A stretch of 64,000 nucleotides of DNA, taken from the IMG/VR virus record IMGVR_UViG_3300027736_000023. One strand, given 5' to 3'. Positions 10,303-19,207 of this stretch are shown in pieces (the stretch's first letter is position 1; each line of letters opens with the position of its first letter). A model generated the notes under the pieces. The model did not search any database. It saw nothing but the letters and a program-made list of their open reading frames with translations, and was not told where the DNA came from. The DNA comes from an uncultured virus (IMG/VR IMGVR_UViG_3300027736_000023). Lineage: Duplodnaviria > Heunggongvirae > Uroviricota > Caudoviricetes. The translations under genes and the position numbers were made by a program.

Positions 10303-10337
10303 TGTTAGTATAGTTTATCTTTTTTAAGATAGTGCTA

Positions 10338-10345
10338 TATAAATA
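10338..10345 (+). promoter_or_regulatory. T4-type late promoter TATAAATA
   Basis: Exact T4 gp55 consensus about 20 nt upstream of the protease gene. Confidence 0.7.
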
Positions 10346-10364
10346 ATTAAAAAGTCTCACTAAA

Positions 10365-12350
10365 TTGGCTAATACTACTATAACAAATTTAAATGCAAAA
10401 AGCTTAGGTAAAGATCAAGTTTTTATTATTGAGAAAAGCAATCAGGCATTATCAGCAACAAATACAAATGGAACAATTGTACTTGAGGGTATATGTGCAG
10501 TTTTTGGACAAAAAAATGAAAACAATCGTATTTACGAAAAACAGGAGTATTTACCTCACTTAAATTATCTAAATGAAAAAATAAGTAAAGGTCAACTGTT
10601 TGGAGAATTAGATCATCCTCAAAGTTTTGATGTTTCTCTTAAAAATGTATCGCATGTAGTTGAAGGACTAACATATGATGAGCCTAGCAATAGTATAAAA
10701 ATTCGGCTTAAAGTATTAGATACACCGTGTGGACGTATTGCAAAAACACTAGTTGAGTCAGGGTGTACAATTTCAAGTTCATCAAGAGCAGCTGGTCAAG
10801 TTGGCGATGGTGGAAAGGTTAAGTTGCAAAAAATATTTACATATGACCTAGTTGCTGAACCAGGTTTTTCACAAGCTTCACTAAGTCAAGTATCTGAAAG
10901 TTTAAAGGGTAATTATTCATCACTATTTGAATCATTAGATACTTTAAAAATGACTTCTATCACAAATAATTTAAAAGATATATCAGAAAGCTTTAGTTTT
11001 GAAGATTCTGTTAAAATATACCAAATAAATAACTCTGATATTATAAAAACACAACAAAATAACAAAAAGCACATGGCTACTGACTTTGTAACAAAAAATG
11101 AAATGAATCAATATTCTCAATTGGTTAAGAATAAATTTCAAAAACTTCAAGAGAATATTTCAAAGAATAATACTAAATTAAGTTCATTAAATGAAAATTC
11201 TGAAGATCCTCAAGTAACTGGTAAGTTAGTTGAATACGTTAATTATTTAGCAGGCGAAATGGAGAAAATGGTTGGATATACTAACTATTTATCAACTATG
11301 TTAAATAAAGGAATTGACTATACTGAACATGTTGCTGAAAAGGTTAATAATGTAATTGACTATAGCGACTATTTAGCTGAAAAAGTAGAAAAGAATATTG
11401 GATATTCTGACTATTTAGGCGAAAAAGTTAATCAGTCTATTAATTATGGTGAGTATATTGCAGAGAATGTTGAAAAGACAATTGCCTATACTAACTATCT
11501 TGCTGAGAACGTAGATAAAGGAATTCAATACGCTGAATATGTAGGTGAAAGTGCAGAAAAAGGAATTAAATATTCTAACTACCTTGCAGAAAACTTAGAT
11601 GCAGCAATTAACTACTCTAACTATTTAGGAGAAAATTTACAGAAAGGAATAATGTATTCTGAATATATTGCTGAAACTATGAATGAAAAAATCACATCTA
11701 ATGTTGATGTTAAAGCTCGTAGATTATTATCAGACGTTAAAAAATTAAATGAAGGAGCAAATTATCAAGTTGATGAAACTTCTGGAGTTGATGATTTAAC
11801 CAGTGCAGTTGATGGAATATTAACTCATATTAAATCTAATTCAGCAAATACAGTTTTAGAGAATAAGTATCCATTTCTTAAATTGTTAAGCGAATCTAAT
11901 AAACAAAAATTCTATGGTTTAGATCAACCAACTAAAGCTTCAATTGTTGAAACTATGAGAGGTGCTATCTTCTTTACTGAAGGAGAAGTTATTAATATCA
12001 TGGAAGCAGTATTAAATAAGCAAACTGAAAATACTCCAAGCTATATTAAATTTATGCCTGAAAAATATAAATCTATAGTTGAAAGTATGAATGAGGCTGA
12101 ATTAAATTGGATTTCGGCACAGGCTTCAAGTCTAGTAGTAAATACTCAATATCAAGCAAAAGCATTCTGGGATTCTCGCGATCTTCGCCCGATTACAGAA
12201 AGAATTGCTCAAGAATCAATTAATACATCAAACAATATTAACGAAAGCCACGGTAAAGAAGGTTTTGTTTCGTTAAAACAAGTAAATCAAAGCCTAAGAG
12301 GTTACTCAGATAACTACTTAGCTGCTCTACAAAGAAGAGCACAAAATTAA
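10365..12350 (+). CDS. gp21: Prohead protease (gp21-like) fused to a scaffold/core region (TTG start)
   Basis: LEGI...NENNRIY, FGELDHP, VSHVV, LDTPCGRI, SSRAAG and TYDLVAEPGF protease motifs; C-terminal coiled-coil repeats; directly upstream of the capsid gene. Confidence 0.9.
   Translation: MANTTITNLNAKSLGKDQVFIIEKSNQALSATNTNGTIVLEGICAVFGQKNENNRIYEKQEYLPHLNYLNEKISKGQLFGELDHPQSFDVSLKNVSHVVEGLTYDEPSNSIKIRLKVLDTPCGRIAKTLVESGCTISSSSRAAGQVGDGGKVKLQKIFTYDLVAEPGFSQASLSQVSESLKGNYSSLFESLDTLKMTSITNNLKDISESFSFEDSVKIYQINNSDIIKTQQNNKKHMATDFVTKNEMNQYSQLVKNKFQKLQENISKNNTKLSSLNENSEDPQVTGKLVEYVNYLAGEMEKMVGYTNYLSTMLNKGIDYTEHVAEKVNNVIDYSDYLAEKVEKNIGYSDYLGEKVNQSINYGEYIAENVEKTIAYTNYLAENVDKGIQYAEYVGESAEKGIKYSNYLAENLDAAINYSNYLGENLQKGIMYSEYIAETMNEKITSNVDVKARRLLSDVKKLNEGANYQVDETSGVDDLTSAVDGILTHIKSNSANTVLENKYPFLKLLSESNKQKFYGLDQPTKASIVETMRGAIFFTEGEVINIMEAVLNKQTENTPSYIKFMPEKYKSIVESMNEAELNWISAQASSLVVNTQYQAKAFWDSRDLRPITERIAQESINTSNNINESHGKEGFVSLKQVNQSLRGYSDNYLAALQRRAQN
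11235..11696 (+). repeat. Eleven 14-aa (42-bp) tandem repeats, YxxYLAExxxKxIx
   Basis: Runs from YVNYLAGEMEKMVG to YSEYIAETMNEKIT with exact 14-residue spacing. Confidence 0.9.
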
Positions 12351-12370
12351 AAAAAAAATAATTTATAAAA

Positions 12371-14101
12371 ATGGCAACAAAAATTTTCAAAAGATTGAAC
12401 GATGCTTCAATCAAAGAAACTTGGACCCCAGTATTAGAAGGTTATGGTGCAAACGTTTCAGCTCGCCCTTGGTTAGTTGACTACGCTCACAACCATGCAA
12501 TCTTCGAAAATGCAGGTTCATTAAACGAAGGTTTAAACACAACAGGCTCAGCTCCAGGTTTGTTTTTACAACAACCAGGTTCTATCTCTTCAATCGGTGC
12601 AATTAGTTCTCCAACAAGTTCTATGACTCCTTTTACTGCAGGTACTAAAAATGGTTACGGTGCTTCTGTATCTGGTTCTGGTGATAAATTCCCAAGCCTT
12701 TTACCAGTAGCAATTCAAGTAGCTGCTAAAACAGTTGGTTTCGACCTAGTTGGTGTAGTTCCGATGGATTCTCCAGTAGGTTTCTTACCTTATTTGGATT
12801 ATGTATACCAAGGTGGTAATACTGATACTCAGTACGAACCATTCTTAGTTAAACTATCAAGTGCTCTTAATACAGCAATTGTAGCTGGACAATATATTCA
12901 AGCCTTAACTGGTGCTGCTAACGGTGTTGGTGCATTTAAATTTCAATTTGTTGGAAAATCTCGTATAGACGGTTTACCAATACTTAAAGTAATAACTGGA
13001 GCAACTGATTCAGTTAATACAACTACTGTAGCTACTGCGGTAACTGCATTAGATGACGCAGCTCATACTGGTACACGTACTTCACCTGACACAGGTAATG
13101 CCGCTGCAGGTACTGCAGCTGAACCATGGTTAGGTTTCGGTGGAACTGCAGGTATGACTGTTAGTTTAGTATCTGCATTAGAAAATCATATTACTGGTTT
13201 TACTTCAGTAAGCGATGATGACTATGCTGCTACTTCATTCCAAGGTCCTTTCTTAAACTCAAGTGAAAATCTTGAAATGGAAGGTATGACTCGTGCAACT
13301 GCTGAAAGTTCTAAATTCCGTCAAATGGGTCTTCGTATGTTTACGAAATTCATTGAGGCAAAAGGAGATCAAGTTGCTATTTCTGCAACAGTTGAGCAAA
13401 TCCAAGATCTTAACCGAGTTTGGAATTTCGACGTAATGTCAATGTTAGAAAACGTTGCTGTTAACGAATTAGCTCAATCTATTAACAAAAAATTAACTGA
13501 TAGAGTTTTATCTTTAGGTCAAACTCATGCTACTGCAGTTAATGCAGTTGAAGGTTCTGGAATTACCACTTTAAACTTAACAGTTGGAACTGGTTTTGAG
13601 AATATCTCAACTTTACAACGTCGTGTTGTTACTAAAATCCTTGAAATGGCTAACTTGATTTATCATAGAGGTCGTTTCGGTGCAGGTACATACATCGTAA
13701 CAAATGGCCGTGTTGCTTCTGCTTTAGCAGATGTTGCTGGTTATACTTTCGCTCCGTTCAATAACGATTTACCTTCTGGTGCTGGTCAATTATACCCTGC
13801 TGGAAAAGTTCACGGTTTAACTGTGTATGTAGATCCAAACTTGAAATTTAGCGATAACCGTATCCATATCGGCCGTAAAGGTGCAGATGAGGAGCCAGGT
13901 GTTAAATTCTTACCGTATATCATGGCAGAGAGTCTTCAAACAATTGCAGAGGGAACTTTCTCTCCAAAAATTGGTATGAAATCTCGTTATGCAATCACAG
14001 AAGCTGGATGGCATCCAGAAACTCAGTATATCACTATGAACGTAACAGGTCTTGGTGTATTAACTGGTTCAGTTGCTCCATCTACTGGTTACGCTGCATA
14101 A
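12371..14101 (+). CDS. gp23: Major capsid protein (T4 gp23-like)
   Basis: DLVGVVPMDSPVG, EQIQDL, ELAQSINK, VYVDP and F.PKIGMKSRYA; follows the protease gene and has a downstream terminator. Confidence 0.92.
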   Translation: MATKIFKRLNDASIKETWTPVLEGYGANVSARPWLVDYAHNHAIFENAGSLNEGLNTTGSAPGLFLQQPGSISSIGAISSPTSSMTPFTAGTKNGYGASVSGSGDKFPSLLPVAIQVAAKTVGFDLVGVVPMDSPVGFLPYLDYVYQGGNTDTQYEPFLVKLSSALNTAIVAGQYIQALTGAANGVGAFKFQFVGKSRIDGLPILKVITGATDSVNTTTVATAVTALDDAAHTGTRTSPDTGNAAAGTAAEPWLGFGGTAGMTVSLVSALENHITGFTSVSDDDYAATSFQGPFLNSSENLEMEGMTRATAESSKFRQMGLRMFTKFIEAKGDQVAISATVEQIQDLNRVWNFDVMSMLENVAVNELAQSINKKLTDRVLSLGQTHATAVNAVEGSGITTLNLTVGTGFENISTLQRRVVTKILEMANLIYHRGRFGAGTYIVTNGRVASALADVAGYTFAPFNNDLPSGAGQLYPAGKVHGLTVYVDPNLKFSDNRIHIGRKGADEEPGVKFLPYIMAESLQTIAEGTFSPKIGMKSRYAITEAGWHPETQYITMNVTGLGVLTGSVAPSTGYAA

Positions 14102-14130
14102 TCTTAATTGATTAACTAATAACTAAAGTA

Positions 14131-14162
14131 AGAGGCTTTCCAAAAGAGAGCCTCTTCTTTTT
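14131..14162 (+). terminator. Intrinsic terminator after the capsid gene
   Basis: agaggct...agcctct stem followed by tcttttt. Confidence 0.8.
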
Positions 14163-14177
14163 GTGAAAAGACTCGCT

Positions 14178-14187
14178 AATAAATAAC
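14178..14187 (+). promoter_or_regulatory. Late promoter-like AATAAATAAC
   Basis: Same box as at 16015, 29449, 49926 and 53747. Confidence 0.6.
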
Positions 14188-14224
14188 TTTAGTAAATAAT
14201 AAACTTAAAAATAATAAATTACAT

Positions 14225-14584
14225 ATGAAATCAGTACTAAGCTATGAGCAATACCTGTTTGAGAAAAAATCGCATAGCGATCTTGCAACCGGTACGCCTA
14301 CAAAAGGTAAATCTGTTACTAAACAGGTAAATAACAATTTAACTGCAGGTACACCAAAAGGAAAATCTGTTAAAAAATCAGTTAATTCAAGTACGTCAAG
14401 TTTACCAAAGGGTAGAGGATCTGTTCCTGGTAAATCAGTTAAGACCGGTACTTCAAGTTTACCAAAAGGTAAAGGCTCTGTTCCCGGTAAAAACGTTGAC
14501 TCTAAATTTGCTAAGATAACAGTTAAAGGAAATTCAGTTAATAGGAAAGTTGATTCAGCAATGGCAAAGTTGCCAAGAAAATAA
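14225..14584 (+). CDS. Small Lys/Gly/Ser-rich basic repeat protein, candidate internal head protein
   Basis: Repeats PKGKSV and TSSLPKG(R/K)GSVPGK; N-terminus MKSVLSYEQYLFE resembles the T4 capsid-targeting peptide. Confidence 0.6.
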   Translation: MKSVLSYEQYLFEKKSHSDLATGTPTKGKSVTKQVNNNLTAGTPKGKSVKKSVNSSTSSLPKGRGSVPGKSVKTGTSSLPKGKGSVPGKNVDSKFAKITVKGNSVNRKVDSAMAKLPRK

Positions 14585-14594
14585 TTAATATTAT

Positions 14595-15086
14595 ATGAAA
14601 TTTAGTGACGGTATGGAGTTTGATTTATCAGGCCCAATGCGAATTGAAGAACGTAGTGATGGGTTATATGTAGTTGGCAATAATATGTTAATTCCAGTTA
14701 AGACAGTGGAAGATGGGTTATCAATAATAAAAAAAGAAGACCCAAATTATGAAATTGATGAAGATTATACTGATTCTATGCATAGTTATGCTGAACCTAC
14801 ATTTGAATCATATAGTTATCGTATAATAGCTGAAGGTAATTCAATAAAAGACCTGGTTGGAAAAGACGAGGAAGACGAATTAGACCTAGATGATGCCCGA
14901 GCAATTGGTCGTAAAATTTCTAAAATGAAAGGTGATGACCGTAAAAAATACGTAGGTATTGTTAATTTTATGGGAGCATCTTGTAGAATTTATAATGAAA
15001 TTTGGGCAAACTATAAACCAGTTGATCCATCTACTAAAAAATCAAATCGCGGAAAAGAATTCCAAGGCGATAAAAACATCGGTTAA
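14595..15086 (+). CDS. Hypothetical protein
   Basis: 163-aa ORF tightly packed in a late operon. Confidence 0.7.
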   Translation: MKFSDGMEFDLSGPMRIEERSDGLYVVGNNMLIPVKTVEDGLSIIKKEDPNYEIDEDYTDSMHSYAEPTFESYSYRIIAEGNSIKDLVGKDEEDELDLDDARAIGRKISKMKGDDRKKYVGIVNFMGASCRIYNEIWANYKPVDPSTKKSNRGKEFQGDKNIG

Positions 15087-15095
15087 CCGTATAAA

Positions 15096-15992
15096 ATGAT
15101 TGGAGAAGGAATAATTGTTGAGTCAATTGCCAGCTTTAAAATTACATGGAAAAATCCAGGTAATGGAATGCAGGCAGTATGGGATCAAGAAAATCAGGTT
15201 ATTGAACTTCATGGAAGCGATGTTTATCCAGACTTAGAGTTTGTTAGTGCAATGGGTCTCTCTACCTATTTTACATATTCAACCGCTGATAAAATTATAG
15301 GCAAATTAAAAGAATTAAATACCGTTATTGATACTGAATTAACCGAATTATATAAGTCAAAGGATCAAGTAACTGAAGAAAATACGATAAATAATAAACC
15401 ACTTAATACCGATAATATCCCTGAAATTAAGCCTGAGGAGATTGATACAAAGGATGAAGTTACTAATACTGAAGAACCTAAAGATGCGCCTAAGGAACCT
15501 GAGTCACCCAGCAAAGGATTTTCATATACGGTAACGGTACACGGAGATAAATTAAGATTTATTGATGCAAGTTCAGAAACCTACAGTTTAGTAGTTAAGC
15601 ATAAATTATCTAATAATATGGGAGTTAAAAAAGAAACTGGCGAAACTTTAGACAATAGTTCAAGAATTTGGGCAACGGTACAGTTAAGTGGTTTATTTAG
15701 TGAAACTCATAGATTTAATTTTGAAAAATTTAATATATCAACTGACTCAATTTCTGAAAATTTATTGGTACAGATAATTCCATCGATTCAGTTAACGTTT
15801 AAGGCTGGAGAAAATATGGCAACACCAGAGGCTGAAAAAGAAACATATGTTAGTAAAATTGCACTCACTAAGAATCAAGCTAAATTAAAAGACTTACAAA
15901 AAGAACTTGATTTTTATAAAAAGCACGTAAAAGACAAAGGCCTTGATGCCCCTAGTGACGCAGAGGTTGAATCATATAAAAAACTTAATTAA
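15096..15992 (+). CDS. Hypothetical protein
   Basis: 298-aa ORF with an acidic Pro-rich linker, between the head and tail tube genes. Confidence 0.7.
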   Translation: MIGEGIIVESIASFKITWKNPGNGMQAVWDQENQVIELHGSDVYPDLEFVSAMGLSTYFTYSTADKIIGKLKELNTVIDTELTELYKSKDQVTEENTINNKPLNTDNIPEIKPEEIDTKDEVTNTEEPKDAPKEPESPSKGFSYTVTVHGDKLRFIDASSETYSLVVKHKLSNNMGVKKETGETLDNSSRIWATVQLSGLFSETHRFNFEKFNISTDSISENLLVQIIPSIQLTFKAGENMATPEAEKETYVSKIALTKNQAKLKDLQKELDFYKKHVKDKGLDAPSDAEVESYKKLN

Positions 15993-16014
15993 TTAATAAT
16001 TAGCAAAGTTCGTT

Positions 16015-16024
16015 AATAAATAAC
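16015..16024 (+). promoter_or_regulatory. Late promoter-like AATAAATAAC
   Basis: About 20 nt upstream of the tail tube gene. Confidence 0.65.
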
Positions 16025-16042
16025 TATAAAAAATAAGACAAG

Positions 16043-16654
16043 ATGGCAGGTCTACCTCATTTTAAAAATTCAACCGCTGGCCCCGCAAGGTATGAGCCAG
16101 TTTACCTTAATCAATTTGAGGTAATTATAACTCCGCCGCCAGCAATTAAGGCTAAAGCAGGATGGGCATCTAATTTAACATTAGAACATGTTAAAAAAGT
16201 TGGACCTCTTCCTGAACTTGCAGGTAACGCCGGTGGTGCAATTATTACGCAAAAATATAAATTTGCAGAAAGAGCATATGCAGCAGCTAAACCAGCTTCA
16301 ACTCTTCATAAATTTGTAATTGACTTTGAACTAAACTTAAATAATACAAATGATAATTATATCTATAATGCATTTAGGGCATGGGCAGATTTAATCTATA
16401 ATCCAATGACAGGTCAACAAGGTTTAAAAGTAGACTATGCAGGAACATCAGCTGATGCTGCTTCTGTACAGGTTACAATGTTTAACCGAACTGGTGCAAT
16501 ATTTAGAGAATTTGTATTTGCTCCAGTATTTTTAGATACAACTAAATTTAATGAACTAACTCTAGACTATTCAGCAGAGGCTACTACTGGTATTGCATCA
16601 TTAGCTGTACCGTTTGTTGCAGACAGGTATGTTGAAACCCGAGTAGGTCAATAA
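16043..16654 (+). CDS. gp19: Tail tube protein (T4 gp19-like)
   Basis: About 200 aa; EPVYLNQFEV, FRAWADLIYNPMTG.QGLK.DY, VTMFNRTG and LDYS...F.AD patterns of myophage tube proteins. Confidence 0.75.
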   Translation: MAGLPHFKNSTAGPARYEPVYLNQFEVIITPPPAIKAKAGWASNLTLEHVKKVGPLPELAGNAGGAIITQKYKFAERAYAAAKPASTLHKFVIDFELNLNNTNDNYIYNAFRAWADLIYNPMTGQQGLKVDYAGTSADAASVQVTMFNRTGAIFREFVFAPVFLDTTKFNELTLDYSAEATTGIASLAVPFVADRYVETRVGQ

Positions 16655-16672
16655 AAAACATTTATATAAAAA

Positions 16673-17359
16673 ATGGAAATGTTTAATGTAAAGCGCCGAG
16701 ATAATCCATCCATGGATAATTGGTCAGATATAAAGAAACCTGCCTTTGGAGGACCCAAAGAAAAGGCTGATTTTGATAAAGCAAAGAAAACTAAATTAAA
16801 AGAATACCAACGAATTGTTGAGCGTAATCCTGATGCTGAAGGCGGACGTTTTAATCCAAATTATGACTCTGCCTGGAAAGGATTTACGAGTGATATTATA
16901 TATAGAACAGCAAAGAAAAAATCATATGAACCCATGTATTCAACACCAACAATTGCAGTAATAAACGCAATAGAAGAAGGAAATATTATTAGATTCGAAG
17001 AATTTATTAATGAAAACTATGAATTTGATCCAAATGATCCGAATCCAGTTGAAGATCCAGACGACCTAACAAAAAAAGACCTAGAAGACCAAGAAGGAAT
17101 TATGGAAGAAGAAGATGAAGTTGATACATTTGATGAATTTGAAGAAGAAGAAGAATCAGTAGACTTAGGCTATGAAGTAGATGAAGAGCAATTAGATAAA
17201 TTATTAGAAGAGTTCGGAGATGAACTTCAAACAATGATTACTAATATTTGTGAAACTATGGAAATGGAAAAATCTGAAGTTTGTGACTTATTATGTGCAG
17301 CAATTGAAAAGAAATGTACTGAAGAAGAAGATGGAGAAAATTTTAATGGCGAAGAATAA
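16673..17359 (+). CDS. Hypothetical protein, basic N-half and highly acidic C-half
   Basis: 228-aa ORF with internal IIRFEEFINE motif, followed by a terminator. Confidence 0.7.
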   Translation: MEMFNVKRRDNPSMDNWSDIKKPAFGGPKEKADFDKAKKTKLKEYQRIVERNPDAEGGRFNPNYDSAWKGFTSDIIYRTAKKKSYEPMYSTPTIAVINAIEEGNIIRFEEFINENYEFDPNDPNPVEDPDDLTKKDLEDQEGIMEEEDEVDTFDEFEEEEESVDLGYEVDEEQLDKLLEEFGDELQTMITNICETMEMEKSEVCDLLCAAIEKKCTEEEDGENFNGEE

Positions 17360-17385
17360 TTTTAACTAAAAAATAGTTTTATATT

Positions 17386-17416
17386 AAAGCAGAGATATTA
17401 TATTTCTGCTTTTTTT
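17386..17416 (+). terminator. Intrinsic terminator between convergent genes
   Basis: aaagcagaga...tttctgcttt stem followed by a T run. Confidence 0.75.
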
Positions 17417-17424
17417 ATTTAAAA

Positions 17425-17826
17425 TCATTGCCTTTTTTTAATAGTTTTAAGGTTTGGAATATTCTCTAAATCTCCGTCTAAATCAATTAAACTTGGATCA
17501 AATACAACTTCTGGGTATGCCCCTATTAAAAAATCTAGAGTATTTAATATTGTATTTGGAGAAATATTTGAGTTAATATAAATTATCCTATTATATTTAC
17601 GGTTTCTAACATTTACGGCTTTGTCTATTAATTTCTTAATTTCATAATTTATTAAAAAAGATTGAATTTTATTTGGAACAACAATATCCTGCTCAAACTT
17701 TTCACGTATTATTTTAGTTACATTAAGAAGATAATCTGATTTTCCTTTTTTGTTTAGTGCATGTACAAACTGTTTTAAATCCCTTACGAAAACTATTTCC
17801 AGTGATCTATCTGTGTTATCGATCAT
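17425..17826 (-). CDS. Hypothetical protein
   Basis: 133-aa ORF overlapping the end of the dCMP deaminase gene. Confidence 0.65.
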   Translation of the reverse strand: MIDNTDRSLEIVFVRDLKQFVHALNKKGKSDYLLNVTKIIREKFEQDIVVPNKIQSFLINYEIKKLIDKAVNVRNRKYNRIIYINSNISPNTILNTLDFLIGAYPEVVFDPSLIDLDGDLENIPNLKTIKKRQ

Positions 17827-18289
17827 TTATGTCGATTTTTTTAACTTCAACTCCTGCTCTCCGCAAAAAGTCTAATCCGTTGGTATCACGGTATTCTTCT
17901 AAATATACAACTCTGGTAATTCCAGCCTGCATAATTAATTTACTACAGTCAGTACACGGAGAGTATGTTACATAGAGAGTAGAGCCATTACAACTTTGGG
18001 TTGATTTAGCAACTTTTAAAATTGCATTGGCCTCGGCATGTAAAACATACCATTTTGTTTTATATTCTTTAAATGATCCATCTTCATTATTAATAGCCTC
18101 TTCACATTCATTTTCAAAACCAGCAGGCGTACCATTATATCCATCTGAAATAATTGAATTATCTTTAACAATTAAGGCTCCAACTTTTTTACGGTTAGCA
18201 TGTGATAATTGTGACCATGACTCTGCCATAGCGATATAAGTTTGGTCAAACCTGTGCTGTCTACTTGAGTACTTACGAGCAAGTATCAT
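17816..18289 (-). CDS. dCMP deaminase
   Basis: KVGALIVKD..IISDGYNGTP, LHAEANAI and SPCTDC zinc motifs. Confidence 0.95.
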   Translation of the reverse strand: MILARKYSSRQHRFDQTYIAMAESWSQLSHANRKKVGALIVKDNSIISDGYNGTPAGFENECEEAINNEDGSFKEYKTKWYVLHAEANAILKVAKSTQSCNGSTLYVTYSPCTDCSKLIMQAGITRVVYLEEYRDTNGLDFLRRAGVEVKKIDINDR

Positions 18290-19173
18290 TTTTTAATTTT
18301 TGAAATATTTTTATAAATCCATTTAATTAAACTATTACCGTCTTGAAAAATCAGGTATTGTTTATCTTCACTACTTATTGACTCAAATAGGGTTATTAAA
18401 TTTGAACTTGGGGTTCCATCTATCTCTATTAAATTAGTAATAGGTAACGGTAATGATTCTGGTTTAAATTCAAAACCTAACATTTTAGAAGAAATATCAT
18501 AGTGCTTATCATAGATATGATATGAATTAGAGACATGAGTATATGAACCAAGTTTTAATTTTGGATAAAATTCCTTTAAGTGAATATACATCTGTAATTG
18601 TAATGAACAGAAAAAGGCAACATCAGTTGGAGTACCCCAAATTGCATCATTACTTCTCATAAATACTGACATATAAAATTTATTATTTCTTATATGACAA
18701 TTTGCATACATTGTACATACAAAATCTTTATTATCAGAATACTGATGAATTGGCATGTTAAAGTGCATTACTGCCTGCCTAGTATTTGGGTCTTTTATTA
18801 AACTTTGAATTGCCCATTGATATTGTGAATAATTATCAGAATTTTTAAGTGTAAAAATTAAATTACCATAGGCTGAGTTAACTGTTCCATCTGGATTTTG
18901 GATAGATTCCCAAAACTTGGCCCATTGTGAAATAAATTTAACATCATTACGACCTAAATAATACCATAACAATTCAGCCGCAATATAGCCAGTTTGAGAT
19001 CCGCGTGTGTCATTTGTATATAAACAACTGGTTGGATCCTCAATAACTAGTGCAACATCTAATAATTCTTTACTAGTAGTTCCACGAGCACCATTTTCTT
19101 CACCATTAACCAATAGGTAAGAAATTGAGTCTTTATAACAAGCGGCAAATGATTGACCATTAAATACTAACAT
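18286..19173 (-). CDS. Thymidylate-synthase-family enzyme, probable dCMP hydroxymethylase/methylase
   Basis: AELLWY, NSAYG, DPNTRQAV, KDFVCT (catalytic Cys), MRSNDAIWGTPTD and SYHIY; Asp occupies the substrate-specificity position. Confidence 0.8.
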   Translation of the reverse strand: MLVFNGQSFAACYKDSISYLLVNGEENGARGTTSKELLDVALVIEDPTSCLYTNDTRGSQTGYIAAELLWYYLGRNDVKFISQWAKFWESIQNPDGTVNSAYGNLIFTLKNSDNYSQYQWAIQSLIKDPNTRQAVMHFNMPIHQYSDNKDFVCTMYANCHIRNNKFYMSVFMRSNDAIWGTPTDVAFFCSLQLQMYIHLKEFYPKLKLGSYTHVSNSYHIYDKHYDISSKMLGFEFKPESLPLPITNLIEIDGTPSSNLITLFESISSEDKQYLIFQDGNSLIKWIYKNISKIKK

Positions 19174-19179
19174 ATTTAA

Positions 19180-19207
19180 ATTATACTAAAAAAACAGATA
19201 ATGGTTT
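19180..19207 (-). promoter_or_regulatory. AAACC-N17-TATAAT promoter-like motif
   Basis: Reverse complement of attata (19180-19185) and ggttt (19203-19207). Confidence 0.6.

Noticed and set aside
11235..11696. 42-bp periodicity as a DNA repeat element or CRISPR
   Set aside because: Conservation is at the protein level within an open frame.
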